Notes under the pieces: model-generated | Database searches by the model: none | What the model saw: the letters and a program-made list of their open reading frames with translations, nothing else | Told to the model about the DNA's origin: nothing | Made by a program: the position numbers and the translations under genes | DNA from: Hyphomicrobium sp. | Lineage (GTDB): Bacteria > Pseudomonadota > Alphaproteobacteria > Rhizobiales > Hyphomicrobiaceae | Assembly: GCA_031419515.1 (NCBI GenBank) | Contig: JANOKZ010000090.1 | Span: 1-57,738 of the forward strand | DNA: 57,738 nucleotides | Reading direction: 5' to 3' | Shown here: positions 39,733 to 48,611 of the stretch, one piece after another | Layout of the letters: each line of letters begins with the position of its first letter | Numbering within the stretch: the first letter of the stretch is position 1

Positions 39733-40305
39733 TCAAGGCGCGGTTGTTTCAGCTTGACTTGCGGCCACGGGGTAAAGATCGAGCGTGATGGTTGAAGCGT
39801 CCGACGAGAGCGTGACGGTATTGGGCGCTATTTCCGATATGCGCCAGCCGTCAATTTCGTCTCCGATTTGAAGCCAGGATGCGGACGGCGACTGTGCCGA
39901 TTTCACGAGCGCACGACCCCGGCCATCGCCATCGCGCATGACGCCGACGAGTTTCAGTCCCTGCGGAGGCTTGATCGGCGGCGCGTCCGGCGGGGCTTCG
40001 ACGGCCTCTTCGATGACTGGCGGCGGCAGCGTCACTTCAGCAAAGAAAGGCTTGCGGCCGGCCCGGAATATTGGCCGCGCCAGTGTCTCAGTGTAGATTT
40101 TTGCGCGCGCTGGCCCTTGAGCGGAGCGTGGAACTTCGCTGCTCGTTCCCAAAACTGAAGGTGCGGTTTGTTCAAGTGCGATGGGTCGGATGTCATTTGG
40201 CGTAATCCAGATCTGCCAATTCAATAAGGCGAGCGCTGTGATCCCGCCGAGAAGACCGAGATTGCGCAGTATGCGCCATGTGCGGGAGGATTGTTGAGTG
40301 GCCAT
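39733..40305 (-). CDS. T2SS GspC/XpsN-like protein (TM + HR-like domain, no PDZ)
   Basis: Single TM, TLARPIF..RKP, Pro-rich linker, LKLVGVM..ALV..GDEIDGWRISEI; follows gspM. Confidence 0.7.
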   Translation of the reverse strand: MATQQSSRTWRILRNLGLLGGITALALLNWQIWITPNDIRPIALEQTAPSVLGTSSEVPRSAQGPARAKIYTETLARPIFRAGRKPFFAEVTLPPPVIEEAVEAPPDAPPIKPPQGLKLVGVMRDGDGRGRALVKSAQSPSASWLQIGDEIDGWRISEIAPNTVTLSSDASTITLDLYPVAASQAETTAP

Positions 40306-40310
40306 TGGCG

Positions 40311-40877
40311 CTATCCCTTCACAGACCCGGTTGCACCGAACACGTCGATATTGACGTCCAGCGGCGCCTCTGTTTTTGGATCTGTAGCGCCCGCGGCGAC
40401 GATACGAAGGGATTCTATTGTGAGGATCGCTTCGCTGTCTTCAATGGCGAGAAGTATTTTCTGAAGTTGTTCGAGTGTAGCTTGAAATTGCGCCTGGACT
40501 CCAATAAAGCGCACGCCTTCAGCGTCGCGCGCCGGCAAGGCTCTCGTACTCTTCAAACGCAAGCCAAGTATTGCCACGATTTTTGTAAGTGTGGTTTGGA
40601 GTTCCGCAGTGCGCAACGGATCGCTATCGCCCTTGAGCGTCAGCTTCCCGATATCGAGGGATTTGGATTTCTGTTCAAGCGTGGAGGCTTCACCTGCGAG
40701 GGTTTCGGCCGACAAGAGGCGGCCGAGGACTTCGCGCTGCTCGAGAATCTGGGCATTTTGACCGGCAATTGTCGTTGTCACGGGGGTCCACACGAAACTC
40801 CAAAAGCCCACGATCGCGGCGGCGAGCAGAGAGAGTGCGGCAAGCTGCCGGACCGGTTCTGAAATGCGCTCTATCAT
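40311..40877 (-). CDS. gspM: T2SS protein GspM
   Basis: N-terminal TM, coiled coil, AELQ..L, LQKILLAIE..LTIESL; follows gspL. Confidence 0.82.
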   Translation of the reverse strand: MIERISEPVRQLAALSLLAAAIVGFWSFVWTPVTTTIAGQNAQILEQREVLGRLLSAETLAGEASTLEQKSKSLDIGKLTLKGDSDPLRTAELQTTLTKIVAILGLRLKSTRALPARDAEGVRFIGVQAQFQATLEQLQKILLAIEDSEAILTIESLRIVAAGATDPKTEAPLDVNIDVFGATGSVKG

Positions 40878-42016
40878 TGCGCGGGCTCCGTTTTTGGTGT
40901 GACGGTTCGCGCTGTCGCGGGGAGACGGGTTTCAATTCGAAATTGCTCTTTGTTGGCGTTGGTATCGAAAAGGACGGGCGCTGCCATTGCGGCGCCTTCG
41001 AACAATTCCGATTTCTCGATCAAAGGAACAAGCGCTGCCGCCGACTGGGATAAGCCCGTGATGGAGATCTTGCCTGCGTCGATCCGGAAATCTGTCACAT
41101 ATGTCGTGTCGGGCAGCAAGCGCGTCAGTTCTTCGAGGATTTCCGGTACCGGAATGCGGCGCTCTTTGAGATTATGCAGGGCAGCTGCGCCCTTGAAGAC
41201 AGCCTCGGCCTGGTCGGCAGATTTCCTTAAGGACTGCGCCCGCGTTTTGGCTTCAGTCACCTTGACCTCAAGCGCCGCAAGCGCATTGTTGCCGCGCTGG
41301 ATTACCAATCCGGCCGCCGACCCCGCGAGCACCAGTGCCGTCAGCGCCATGATCTTTGCAAGCGTTTGCGGCCGGCGCTGCGTCGCACTTGCTGCTTGTG
41401 GCTTTGTGAGGAAATCGATGGGCAGCGGCGCCTTCCCGCCTTCGTCCCAGCAATCGGCAAACGCGACTTTGATACCTTGGGCGTGCAGCAGTTGTCTCGC
41501 TTCGTCGATGCGCTCCCGTTTGACGATGAACTGGCGCACCGCAATCTTGCCTTTGGGCGTACGCGGCACTCCTCGGTCTTCGTAGCAGGCTGTGTAGATA
41601 TCTTTGTGCTTGAAGGGCGTCGCGCGTTCAAGATCGAGTTCGAGGATGCGAGCTGCGTCGGCGCGTGCGGTATCTGGGAGTTCGACGCGCCGCTCGAAGC
41701 AAGCCGGTTTGGCGATGCGCAGTCCCAATGGAATGGCCCGGCGATGCGACGTTAAGCGTCGAATGAATTTAAGTGTTGCCGCGCCAGGTTCGGCGGTTGG
41801 CGACTCTGGTCCAATAGGCTTCAGACTTTGGTCTGTTTCATCAAGCCAGCGCACGCCGCTGTCGCCAATGGCCGCGATGATGCGGCGCTTGGGGTGAACG
41901 AATCCGGCGCGCGGAGGGCGCATGAAAATGCCGCGAAGTTCACGGCCCCACCAGGCGAAAAAGCCGGGTCTCTGGCCTTGTGCCGGGATATCTTGAGTTG
42001 CGATCAAAGTCTGCAT
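40874..42016 (-). CDS. gspL: T2SS protein GspL (PilN-like C-terminus)
   Basis: FFAWWGREL, LDLERATPF, TM, LEELTRLLPDTTY, AAALVPLIEKS. Confidence 0.85.
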   Translation of the reverse strand: MQTLIATQDIPAQGQRPGFFAWWGRELRGIFMRPPRAGFVHPKRRIIAAIGDSGVRWLDETDQSLKPIGPESPTAEPGAATLKFIRRLTSHRRAIPLGLRIAKPACFERRVELPDTARADAARILELDLERATPFKHKDIYTACYEDRGVPRTPKGKIAVRQFIVKRERIDEARQLLHAQGIKVAFADCWDEGGKAPLPIDFLTKPQAASATQRRPQTLAKIMALTALVLAGSAAGLVIQRGNNALAALEVKVTEAKTRAQSLRKSADQAEAVFKGAAALHNLKERRIPVPEILEELTRLLPDTTYVTDFRIDAGKISITGLSQSAAALVPLIEKSELFEGAAMAAPVLFDTNANKEQFRIETRLPATARTVTPKTEPAQ

Positions 42017-42155
42017 GTCAGGTGGGCTGGCTCGTTAACGTCAATACGCGGCTTGTTCAGTCGGGCCCGCGAACGGTCATATGATCATAGCGCAAATTCC
42101 GGCATTTCGATAACATGTCATTGCGGTCTCATGAGTTTTAGTTAGCGGGTTGCAG

Positions 42156-43910
42156 ATGTCGAATTCAGGTGCGGCGAAACCGGCGGAGCGCGCCGATCTG
42201 AGAAGCGATGATTTCGTGCGCCGGTTCTCAAGCCTTCTTGTCGATCAAGGCGCCATAGATGAACTCGCAGCACGCCGTGCCGAGCGGGCGCAAAAGCAAT
42301 CGGGCGAACGCTACGATTTCGTTCTCACGCGCTTGGGTCTCGTCTCAGAATCGGAGCTCATACGTTACCTCGCCCAGTATTTCGATCTTCCGCTCGCGAG
42401 CATGGAGAGCTTCCCGCAAGTGCCCTTGTTCGCAGGGCAGGTCGATGCCGCGTTTTTGAAGAGCAACGCGCTGCTTCCGGTTTTCGCAGGGCCCGACGGC
42501 GTAACGGTCGCCATTGCAGATCTTATGGCAAGCGACGCCGTCGCAGCCTTTGCCTATTTGATAGGCCAACCGGCAAACATACAACTCGCAGCCCGCAAGG
42601 ATATCGAGCGAGCAATAAGCCGGCTCTATGAGGAACCCGCAGTCACACCGGAAGCGGACGCGGCTAGCATTGGGCAAGACGCCGCGCATGACGAAGACGT
42701 CCGCCAGCTTGCCGATCTCGGCAGCGAGGCTCCAGTTATTCGTCTGGTTAACGAGCTGATAACGCGTGCCGCAGAGATGCAAGCATCCGACATACATTTC
42801 GAGCCGCGCGAAGATAGTCTCGTGGTGCGGTTTCGCATCGACGGCGTGTTGCAGACAGTCGAGCAATTGCCGCCTGGGCTGCGGCCGGCGGTGACGTCGC
42901 GTGTCAAGATAATGGCGCGGCTCAACATTGCGGAACAGCGCCTGCCGCAAGACGGACGCATCAAGACAACGGTGCGCGGACGCGAACTCGATCTGCGTGT
43001 TTCGACGATGCCGACGCTGCGGGGCGAAAGTGTTGTCCTGCGTCTCCTCGACCGATCGAGCGCTGCGCTCGATTTCGAGGCGCTTGGCTTCGATCCGACC
43101 GCACGAAAGAGCCTGGATGCACTGCTCAAAGAGCCGAACGGCATTATCCTCGTCACCGGGCCGACAGGCAGCGGCAAGACAACGACACTCTATGCGGCGC
43201 TTGAAAAGCTGAATGACCCCGGCCGCAAGATTTTCACAGTCGAGGACCCGATCGAGTATCAGATGGCGGGCATCAACCAGATACAAGTTCAGCCCAAGAT
43301 CGGACTGACGTTTGCCTCGGCGTTGCGGTCAATACTGCGCCAAGATCCTGACGTTATTCTGGTCGGCGAAATGCGCGATCTTGAAACGGCTGAAGTTGCA
43401 ATCCAGGCTTCGCTGACCGGCCATCTCGTCTTATCGACGGTTCATACAAACAGCGCCGCGGCAACGATCACGAGGCTCATAGATATGGGCGTTGAAGAAT
43501 ATCTTCTGGCCTCGAGTCTCAAGGGTATTCTGGCGCAACGGCTTGTGCGGCGCGTTTGTGGAGCTTGTGCGTCGCCAGTTGATGCAGGGTCTGTTGCCGC
43601 TGACCGGGTACGCGAGTTGGCAAAGGGATTGCCCCGGCTCTCAGGGCTGGCCGATGCCTCTCATATGCGAACGGCGGGCGGCTGCAACGTTTGCCGCAAC
43701 ACCGGCTATGCGGGCCGCACGACAATCAGCGAATTGATAGTCGTCAACGAGGACATCCGCCGCGCTATTCTTGGCCGGGCAAGCGAGGCCGCGCTCAACG
43801 AAGCGGCAGCCGCGCAGGGTATGACGGGGATGTTCGAGAACGGTCTTACGAAAGTGCTTGCGGGATTGACGACACTGGATGACGTGATGCGAGCGGTCAG
43901 GATCGAATAA
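42156..43910 (+). CDS. gspE: T2SS ATPase GspE
   Basis: ASDIHFEP, RLPQDGR, GPTGSGKTT, TVEDPIEY, LRQDPDVILVGEMRD, CGAC..CNVC Zn motif. Confidence 0.96.
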   Translation: MSNSGAAKPAERADLRSDDFVRRFSSLLVDQGAIDELAARRAERAQKQSGERYDFVLTRLGLVSESELIRYLAQYFDLPLASMESFPQVPLFAGQVDAAFLKSNALLPVFAGPDGVTVAIADLMASDAVAAFAYLIGQPANIQLAARKDIERAISRLYEEPAVTPEADAASIGQDAAHDEDVRQLADLGSEAPVIRLVNELITRAAEMQASDIHFEPREDSLVVRFRIDGVLQTVEQLPPGLRPAVTSRVKIMARLNIAEQRLPQDGRIKTTVRGRELDLRVSTMPTLRGESVVLRLLDRSSAALDFEALGFDPTARKSLDALLKEPNGIILVTGPTGSGKTTTLYAALEKLNDPGRKIFTVEDPIEYQMAGINQIQVQPKIGLTFASALRSILRQDPDVILVGEMRDLETAEVAIQASLTGHLVLSTVHTNSAAATITRLIDMGVEEYLLASSLKGILAQRLVRRVCGACASPVDAGSVAADRVRELAKGLPRLSGLADASHMRTAGGCNVCRNTGYAGRTTISELIVVNEDIRRAILGRASEAALNEAAAAQGMTGMFENGLTKVLAGLTTLDDVMRAVRIE

Positions 43911-45136
43911 TGCCGCGCTTCGCCTACAAGGCCTATGATCAATCCGGCACGCTTTTAACGGGGGCCCTTGAAGTGGCGACTCGCGAGGCCGCCCTGCAGG
44001 CTTTATCGGCACGCGGTCAGTTGGCCGTTGAGGTGACGGAGACGGCAGAAGCTGCGCCTCAGCCATGGTTGCAGCGCGAAGTCTTCGCGCCAAGAGCGTT
44101 AACCGGCGAAGATCGTCTGACGTTCACGCGCGAACTCGCGACCCTTGTTAAGGCCGACTTGCCGCTCGACGAGGCGCTCGGTGTTGTCGTTATAATGCCG
44201 GGACTAAGCGCTCGCGCCCGCGCTCTTGCGAACCGGATTCTGGATCGGGTGCGGGAAGGACAGTCACTGTCGCTGGCACTGGCAAGTCAGGGTGAAGCAT
44301 TTCCCGAATTTTATTGGCGGCTTGTGCGCGCGGGCGAAACCGGCGGCTCACTCGGCCAGGTCATGGGCGAACTCAGCACACTCCTTGAGCGCGCTTCAGA
44401 CACGCGCAGCCGGGTGGCGTCTGCCATGCTCTACCCGTTGCTGCTGATGGCTGCAGCTTTTGCCGCCGTTCTGGTCATTATGCTGGTTCTGTTGCCAGCT
44501 GTGATGCCGCTATTTGCCGAGGCGGGTGTCGAGCCGCCAATTGTTTTGCGCTTCATGTCGTCGATGCAGGCGTTGGCAACGGCGCATTGGCACGTGACGG
44601 CACTGGTTCTCGGTGCTCTTGTTTTAGCGGCCATGGTGCTGCGCCATGACGCCGGATTTCAGGCCGCGCGCGATAGACTGGCACTCCGTCTACCGGTTAT
44701 TGGGCGCTTGACCTCGCTGCGCGAGACGGGGCGTTTTTGCCGGACAATGTCTGCATTACTGAAGAACGGTGTGCCGCTCTTGGACGCGTTGCGAAGTACG
44801 GCTGGAGTTCTGACCAACGGGGTCTATTCCGAAGCAACCGGCACGCTCGCCGGAGCTGTGGCGGAAGGCGCGACGCTGTCGCAACAGATGCAGGCGTCAA
44901 AGCTTTACTCCGAACTCTCGGTGCGCTTGGCGGCTGTCGGCGAAAAGACAGGTCAGCTCGATGACATGCTGGCGCGCGCCGCTGCGATCCACGAGGCGAT
45001 GTTGGAGCGGGACGTCGATCGCCTGACGCGGCTCATTGGGCCGGTTCTGACACTCTTCGTCGGGCTATTCACTGGCGGCCTCATACTGTCTGTGATGCAG
45101 GCGATCCTCAGTATCAACGATTTGGCGCTCCGATGA
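43910..45136 (+). CDS. gspF: T2SS inner membrane platform GspF
   Basis: FTRELATL, VRAGETGGSL, AMLYP, VGEKTGQLDDML. Confidence 0.94.
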   Translation: MPRFAYKAYDQSGTLLTGALEVATREAALQALSARGQLAVEVTETAEAAPQPWLQREVFAPRALTGEDRLTFTRELATLVKADLPLDEALGVVVIMPGLSARARALANRILDRVREGQSLSLALASQGEAFPEFYWRLVRAGETGGSLGQVMGELSTLLERASDTRSRVASAMLYPLLLMAAAFAAVLVIMLVLLPAVMPLFAEAGVEPPIVLRFMSSMQALATAHWHVTALVLGALVLAAMVLRHDAGFQAARDRLALRLPVIGRLTSLRETGRFCRTMSALLKNGVPLLDALRSTAGVLTNGVYSEATGTLAGAVAEGATLSQQMQASKLYSELSVRLAAVGEKTGQLDDMLARAAAIHEAMLERDVDRLTRLIGPVLTLFVGLFTGGLILSVMQAILSINDLALR

Positions 45137-45606
45137 CGACGCTGCGGCCATTACCGGTGCGGTCCGGAGACGATGGGTTTTCGCTTCTCGAACTCGTCAT
45201 CGTGCTGGCGATGGTGGCGGGGATCACGGCTCTGTCCCTTCCAAACCTTTGGAGGAGACCGGTCGATGTAGCTTTGCGCGCGACCGCGCTCGATATGGCG
45301 GCGATGATGCGGGCGACACGCGCCGATGCTGTCCGCCGTAACAGCGAGCGCGCATTCTTAATCGATCCGGCGCAACGGACTTATTGGTCGGACGCCAATC
45401 CCGCGCCGAGGCCGATACCTGCCTCTCTTGGTATCGATGCGGACTTTTCAGCGCGAGCACGCGTGCAGACTACATCCGGCCGATATGCTTTCTTTGCAGA
45501 CGGCACGGCAAGTGGCGGCGCAATTGTTCTGCGCGAAGGCACTACAACCGCAACGATTGCGATCAATGGACTGACAGGCAACGCCGAGGTGCAATGGTCA
45601 CGCTAG
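45133..45606 (+). CDS. gspH: T2SS minor pseudopilin GspH
   Basis: G/FSLLELVIVL, FFADGTASGG, GLTG. Confidence 0.87.
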   Translation: MTTLRPLPVRSGDDGFSLLELVIVLAMVAGITALSLPNLWRRPVDVALRATALDMAAMMRATRADAVRRNSERAFLIDPAQRTYWSDANPAPRPIPASLGIDADFSARARVQTTSGRYAFFADGTASGGAIVLREGTTTATIAINGLTGNAEVQWSR

Positions 45607-46019
45607 ATGCGAGCGCCGGACGTGACAGCGGCTTCACACTGATCGAAGTGCTGGTGAGCTTCGCCATTCTCGTTGCGGCGGTCAGCATTCTCCAAAACGG
45701 GTTCGGCGGCGGATGGCGCGGCATACGTGCCGCGGAAATGGAGACGGAAGCACTCGAGATCGCCAAAGCGAAACTCGCAGCAGTCGGCATCGAGTCGACG
45801 TTGGAACCCGGCGTTGCGGAGGGCGATGCCGGCGGCGGCTACGCTTGGACGTCAACGATCGTGCCCCATGGGGCAGCGGCGTCTGATGACGCAAACAAAA
45901 TGCCGCGCGGGTACTGGACGACAGTGCAGGTCCGCTGGAACGACGGACGCGCACGCGGTGCGCGCGAAATCAGCCTGACGACGCTCAAAATCCGGCGGCC
46001 CGTGAGGGTAGACCCATGA
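45594..46019 (+). CDS. gspI: T2SS minor pseudopilin GspI
   Basis: G/FTLIEVLVSFAIL, YAW, VQVRW..LTTLK; start ATG 45594. Confidence 0.85.
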   Translation: MVTLDASAGRDSGFTLIEVLVSFAILVAAVSILQNGFGGGWRGIRAAEMETEALEIAKAKLAAVGIESTLEPGVAEGDAGGGYAWTSTIVPHGAAASDDANKMPRGYWTTVQVRWNDGRARGAREISLTTLKIRRPVRVDP

Positions 46020-46657
46020 TGCCGCAATCGCGCCGGAAAAATTGTGACGACGGCTTCACGCTCATCGAAACGCTCGTGTCGATCATGTTGCTGGCGCTGG
46101 TCGTGGCCTTCCTCCCAGGGTTGCTGCAACTTGGAACGCGCGCGATCGAGTCCCGCATGCGGCTCGACACGATCTCAGCGGCGGGGCCTGCGCGCCAGTT
46201 CATCGCACAACAACTTGCAAGCGCGACAGCTGTGCTGCAACGGGGCCCGGACGGCCGTCTGCATCTGGCCTTTACCGGCGCGAGGGACGCATTGGCTTTC
46301 GTCGCGCCCGCGTCTCTCGGGGCACAACAAACAGGCGTGCAGGATTACAGTATCGCTCTTGATGCTAGCGGTGCCGGTGCCGGAAATCCTGGGCGCTCGC
46401 TCTCAATTTCTATGCGCCCATACTTACTCCAAGGGGGCACGCCGGCAACAAACTTTGTTCTAATGCGTGATGTCACGACACTATCCTTCCGCTATTTCGG
46501 ACGGCGCAGCGGCGAGGAAAGTGCCCGCTGGCATGACGAATGGATCGGTGAGCGCGCGCTGCCGCACTTGGTCGAGATGCGGAATGGATTTGTCAACGCT
46601 CAGCCCGCAGCCGAGCGGCCGCTTGTTGTCGTGCTCAGGCTCGCGAATGGAAATTAG
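46016..46657 (+). CDS. gspJ: T2SS minor pseudopilin GspJ
   Basis: G/FTLIETLVS, LSFRYFG..WHDEW..LPHLV. Confidence 0.87.
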   Translation: MMPQSRRKNCDDGFTLIETLVSIMLLALVVAFLPGLLQLGTRAIESRMRLDTISAAGPARQFIAQQLASATAVLQRGPDGRLHLAFTGARDALAFVAPASLGAQQTGVQDYSIALDASGAGAGNPGRSLSISMRPYLLQGGTPATNFVLMRDVTTLSFRYFGRRSGEESARWHDEWIGERALPHLVEMRNGFVNAQPAAERPLVVVLRLANGN

Positions 46658-46675
46658 GCCCACGCTAGAAGATTT

Positions 46676-47146
46676 TTACCAGCTCACAAGGTCCTGGTCT
46701 TCGCCGGTGCCGCTTGGCGCGTTGTCCTGGCCATATGAGAAAATTTCATAAGGCGCGTGCTGTCCGGGCGAGCGGTAATTGTATGGACGTCCCCAGGGGT
46801 CAACGAGGCCGTTGGCATTTTTCAGATAGGGTCCGCGCCAGCGTGTGGCGCCTTGAGGGGCGGACATCAGTGCGCCGAGACCGGCCTCGGTGCTAGGGGC
46901 GGCCCCCATATCGAGGGCGTAGAGTTCAATTGCTGTTGAAATCGAAGAAATTTGCGCCTTGGCCGATACGGTCCGTCCCTTGCCCAAGTAGCGGAGCACG
47001 TTCGGTCCAACGACGGCGGCTAATAGTGCGAGGATGCCGAGCACCACCAGCAATTCGAGCAAGGTGAAGCCCGCAGCCGAATTGGCATGGACTCTAGATG
47101 GCACGCGCGCGGGCTGGCGGATGATACCGGGGAATCGAGCCTGCAT
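46676..47146 (-). CDS. gspG: T2SS major pseudopilin GspG
   Basis: G/FTLLELLVVL, AIELYALD.G..PSTEAGL.AL, WRGPYL..DPWGRPYNYRSPG. Confidence 0.95.
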   Translation of the reverse strand: MQARFPGIIRQPARVPSRVHANSAAGFTLLELLVVLGILALLAAVVGPNVLRYLGKGRTVSAKAQISSISTAIELYALDMGAAPSTEAGLGALMSAPQGATRWRGPYLKNANGLVDPWGRPYNYRSPGQHAPYEIFSYGQDNAPSGTGEDQDLVSW

Positions 47147-47251
47147 GAACCGCGCAATCCTGTGTGAAAAATGAGCCGCTTGATACTCTGCCCCGGCGTG
47201 CGGTTTGCAGCAAGTGTTGCGACATGCCAGCGTTAGCGCAGTGACGATTGA

Positions 47252-47797
47252 CTAGGCGGTGCCGATCCAGGCCATCCAAAAGCCAAACGCCAGAAACGGT
47301 CCGAAGGCTATGCGCGTCTCGCGGGTAAGCGCCCCACCACGAAGGGCGGCAACGGCGACTGCTGCTAGGGCCGACGCCGTGGCCCAGAGTAAGACCTGGC
47401 TGAGGGGCTCGGCACCGAGCCAACTGCCAGCGGCTGCAAAGAGTTTGGCGTCGCCAAGTCCAAGTCCCTGGCGGCCGCGCAGGCGCCGGTAGATCGCGTC
47501 AATTCCAGCGATCAGGATAAACGCGCCGGCTCCGGCGAAGCCGCGCTCTGCGAATGAAATACCGTCTCCGAGTATCCACGGCAGCGCAAGCCCGCTGGCG
47601 GCCAAGGGCAATGTGAGACTGTCGGGCAACCTCAAAGTGGCGAGGTCGATTGCGCTGAGGAAGGCGAGCGTTAATGCGAGGATCGCCGAGCACGCGAGCC
47701 AAACGCCAACGCGGCCTGACACAGCCGAAGTCGACGCAGCGATGAGAGAGTAAAGAAGCAGGAAAGCGGCTACAGGAAGGGCGGACGGTTTCACCAT
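47252..47797 (-). CDS. gspO: Prepilin peptidase (A24), short form
   Basis: IDLATLRLPD, GLGLGDAKLFAAAGSWLG, IAFGPFL; no N-terminal CxxC methylase domain. Confidence 0.85.
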   Translation of the reverse strand: MVKPSALPVAAFLLLYSLIAASTSAVSGRVGVWLACSAILALTLAFLSAIDLATLRLPDSLTLPLAASGLALPWILGDGISFAERGFAGAGAFILIAGIDAIYRRLRGRQGLGLGDAKLFAAAGSWLGAEPLSQVLLWATASALAAVAVAALRGGALTRETRIAFGPFLAFGFWMAWIGTA

Positions 47798-48126
47798 GGG
47801 CTCCGGTCGCGCGTCGCGCGCCTGACCCGGCTATAGGGCCGCCGGTAAGCGGTGCTGCGGCCCTCGTCCAACACGTAATCGTCGATCCATGCGCCCTGAG
47901 GAACAGCGATCTCCTCGCGCTTTTGACAGTAGCGTCGGCCATTGACCTCCCAATAACAATAGTGTCCGCAGAACTGGCGGCCCCGCTCCCAATAGCAGCC
48001 AACGGCCTCGCCGGGCTTCACATTGTAAAATGGCATGGCGCGCACGGGACGCGGTTGGTCGGAAGCCACCGCCGACTGTGCGCCGAGCGCTACGAAAAAC
48101 GCCATAAGTCCTGCAAATCTTCGCAT
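47791..48126 (-). CDS. Small secreted Cys/aromatic-rich hypothetical protein
   Basis: Signal peptide MRRFAGLMAFFVALGAQSAVA; GCYWERGRQFCGHYCYWEVNGRRYCQ; stop overlaps the gspO start. Confidence 0.65.
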   Translation of the reverse strand: MRRFAGLMAFFVALGAQSAVASDQPRPVRAMPFYNVKPGEAVGCYWERGRQFCGHYCYWEVNGRRYCQKREEIAVPQGAWIDDYVLDEGRSTAYRRPYSRVRRATRDRSPW

Positions 48127-48534
48127 GTCATTAGTTTCCTTGGCGTTTCGAGATCGACTCGCACGGTAATCATAATGCTGCCAGGGCGAAGCACAAAAAG
48201 CAAAATTTGAGGCAGTCGGCCGGTCTGAACCGGAGCTGAATTGAACGGCTGTCCGGGTGGGCACGCCGGACACCCGAGGGTCGAGATTCAGACCTTGGTC
48301 TGATGTCACTCAGACTTAAAGTTATCTCTAACTAGGTGCGAAAGTGTCTTGTTTTCGTTTGACCGTAAGATAACGATAGGGGGTGCCGAACACAGGTCTG
48401 CGTATTCATATTTAGTGCAGTGTCTCGTTCGCTGAATTGGTAGACCAGACTTTTCAAGCGTCTCATCTAGCGTCTCAGGGCGTTACCGTGAATAATTGTT
48501 TCAGTCATATGTTTGGATATGCCGCGCCGGGTTT

Positions 48535-48550
48535 GGGCGCGAAGATTGCG
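48535..48550 (+). promoter_or_regulatory. Candidate sigma-54 (-24/-12) promoter
   Basis: GGGCGCGAAGATTGCG: GG-N10-GC with CG and TTGC consensus positions, about 60 bp before ATG 48612. Confidence 0.4.
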
Positions 48551-48611
48551 CTGTATTGCACGCTTGCGCCGTTGATTGCTAACCCATGCTTTGCTGGTGG
48601 GGGTCGATTGC

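Noticed and set aside
47194-47209. GG-N10-GC sigma-54-like motif on the + strand
   Set aside because: Points away from gspG into the antisense of gspO; shows that such matches occur by chance
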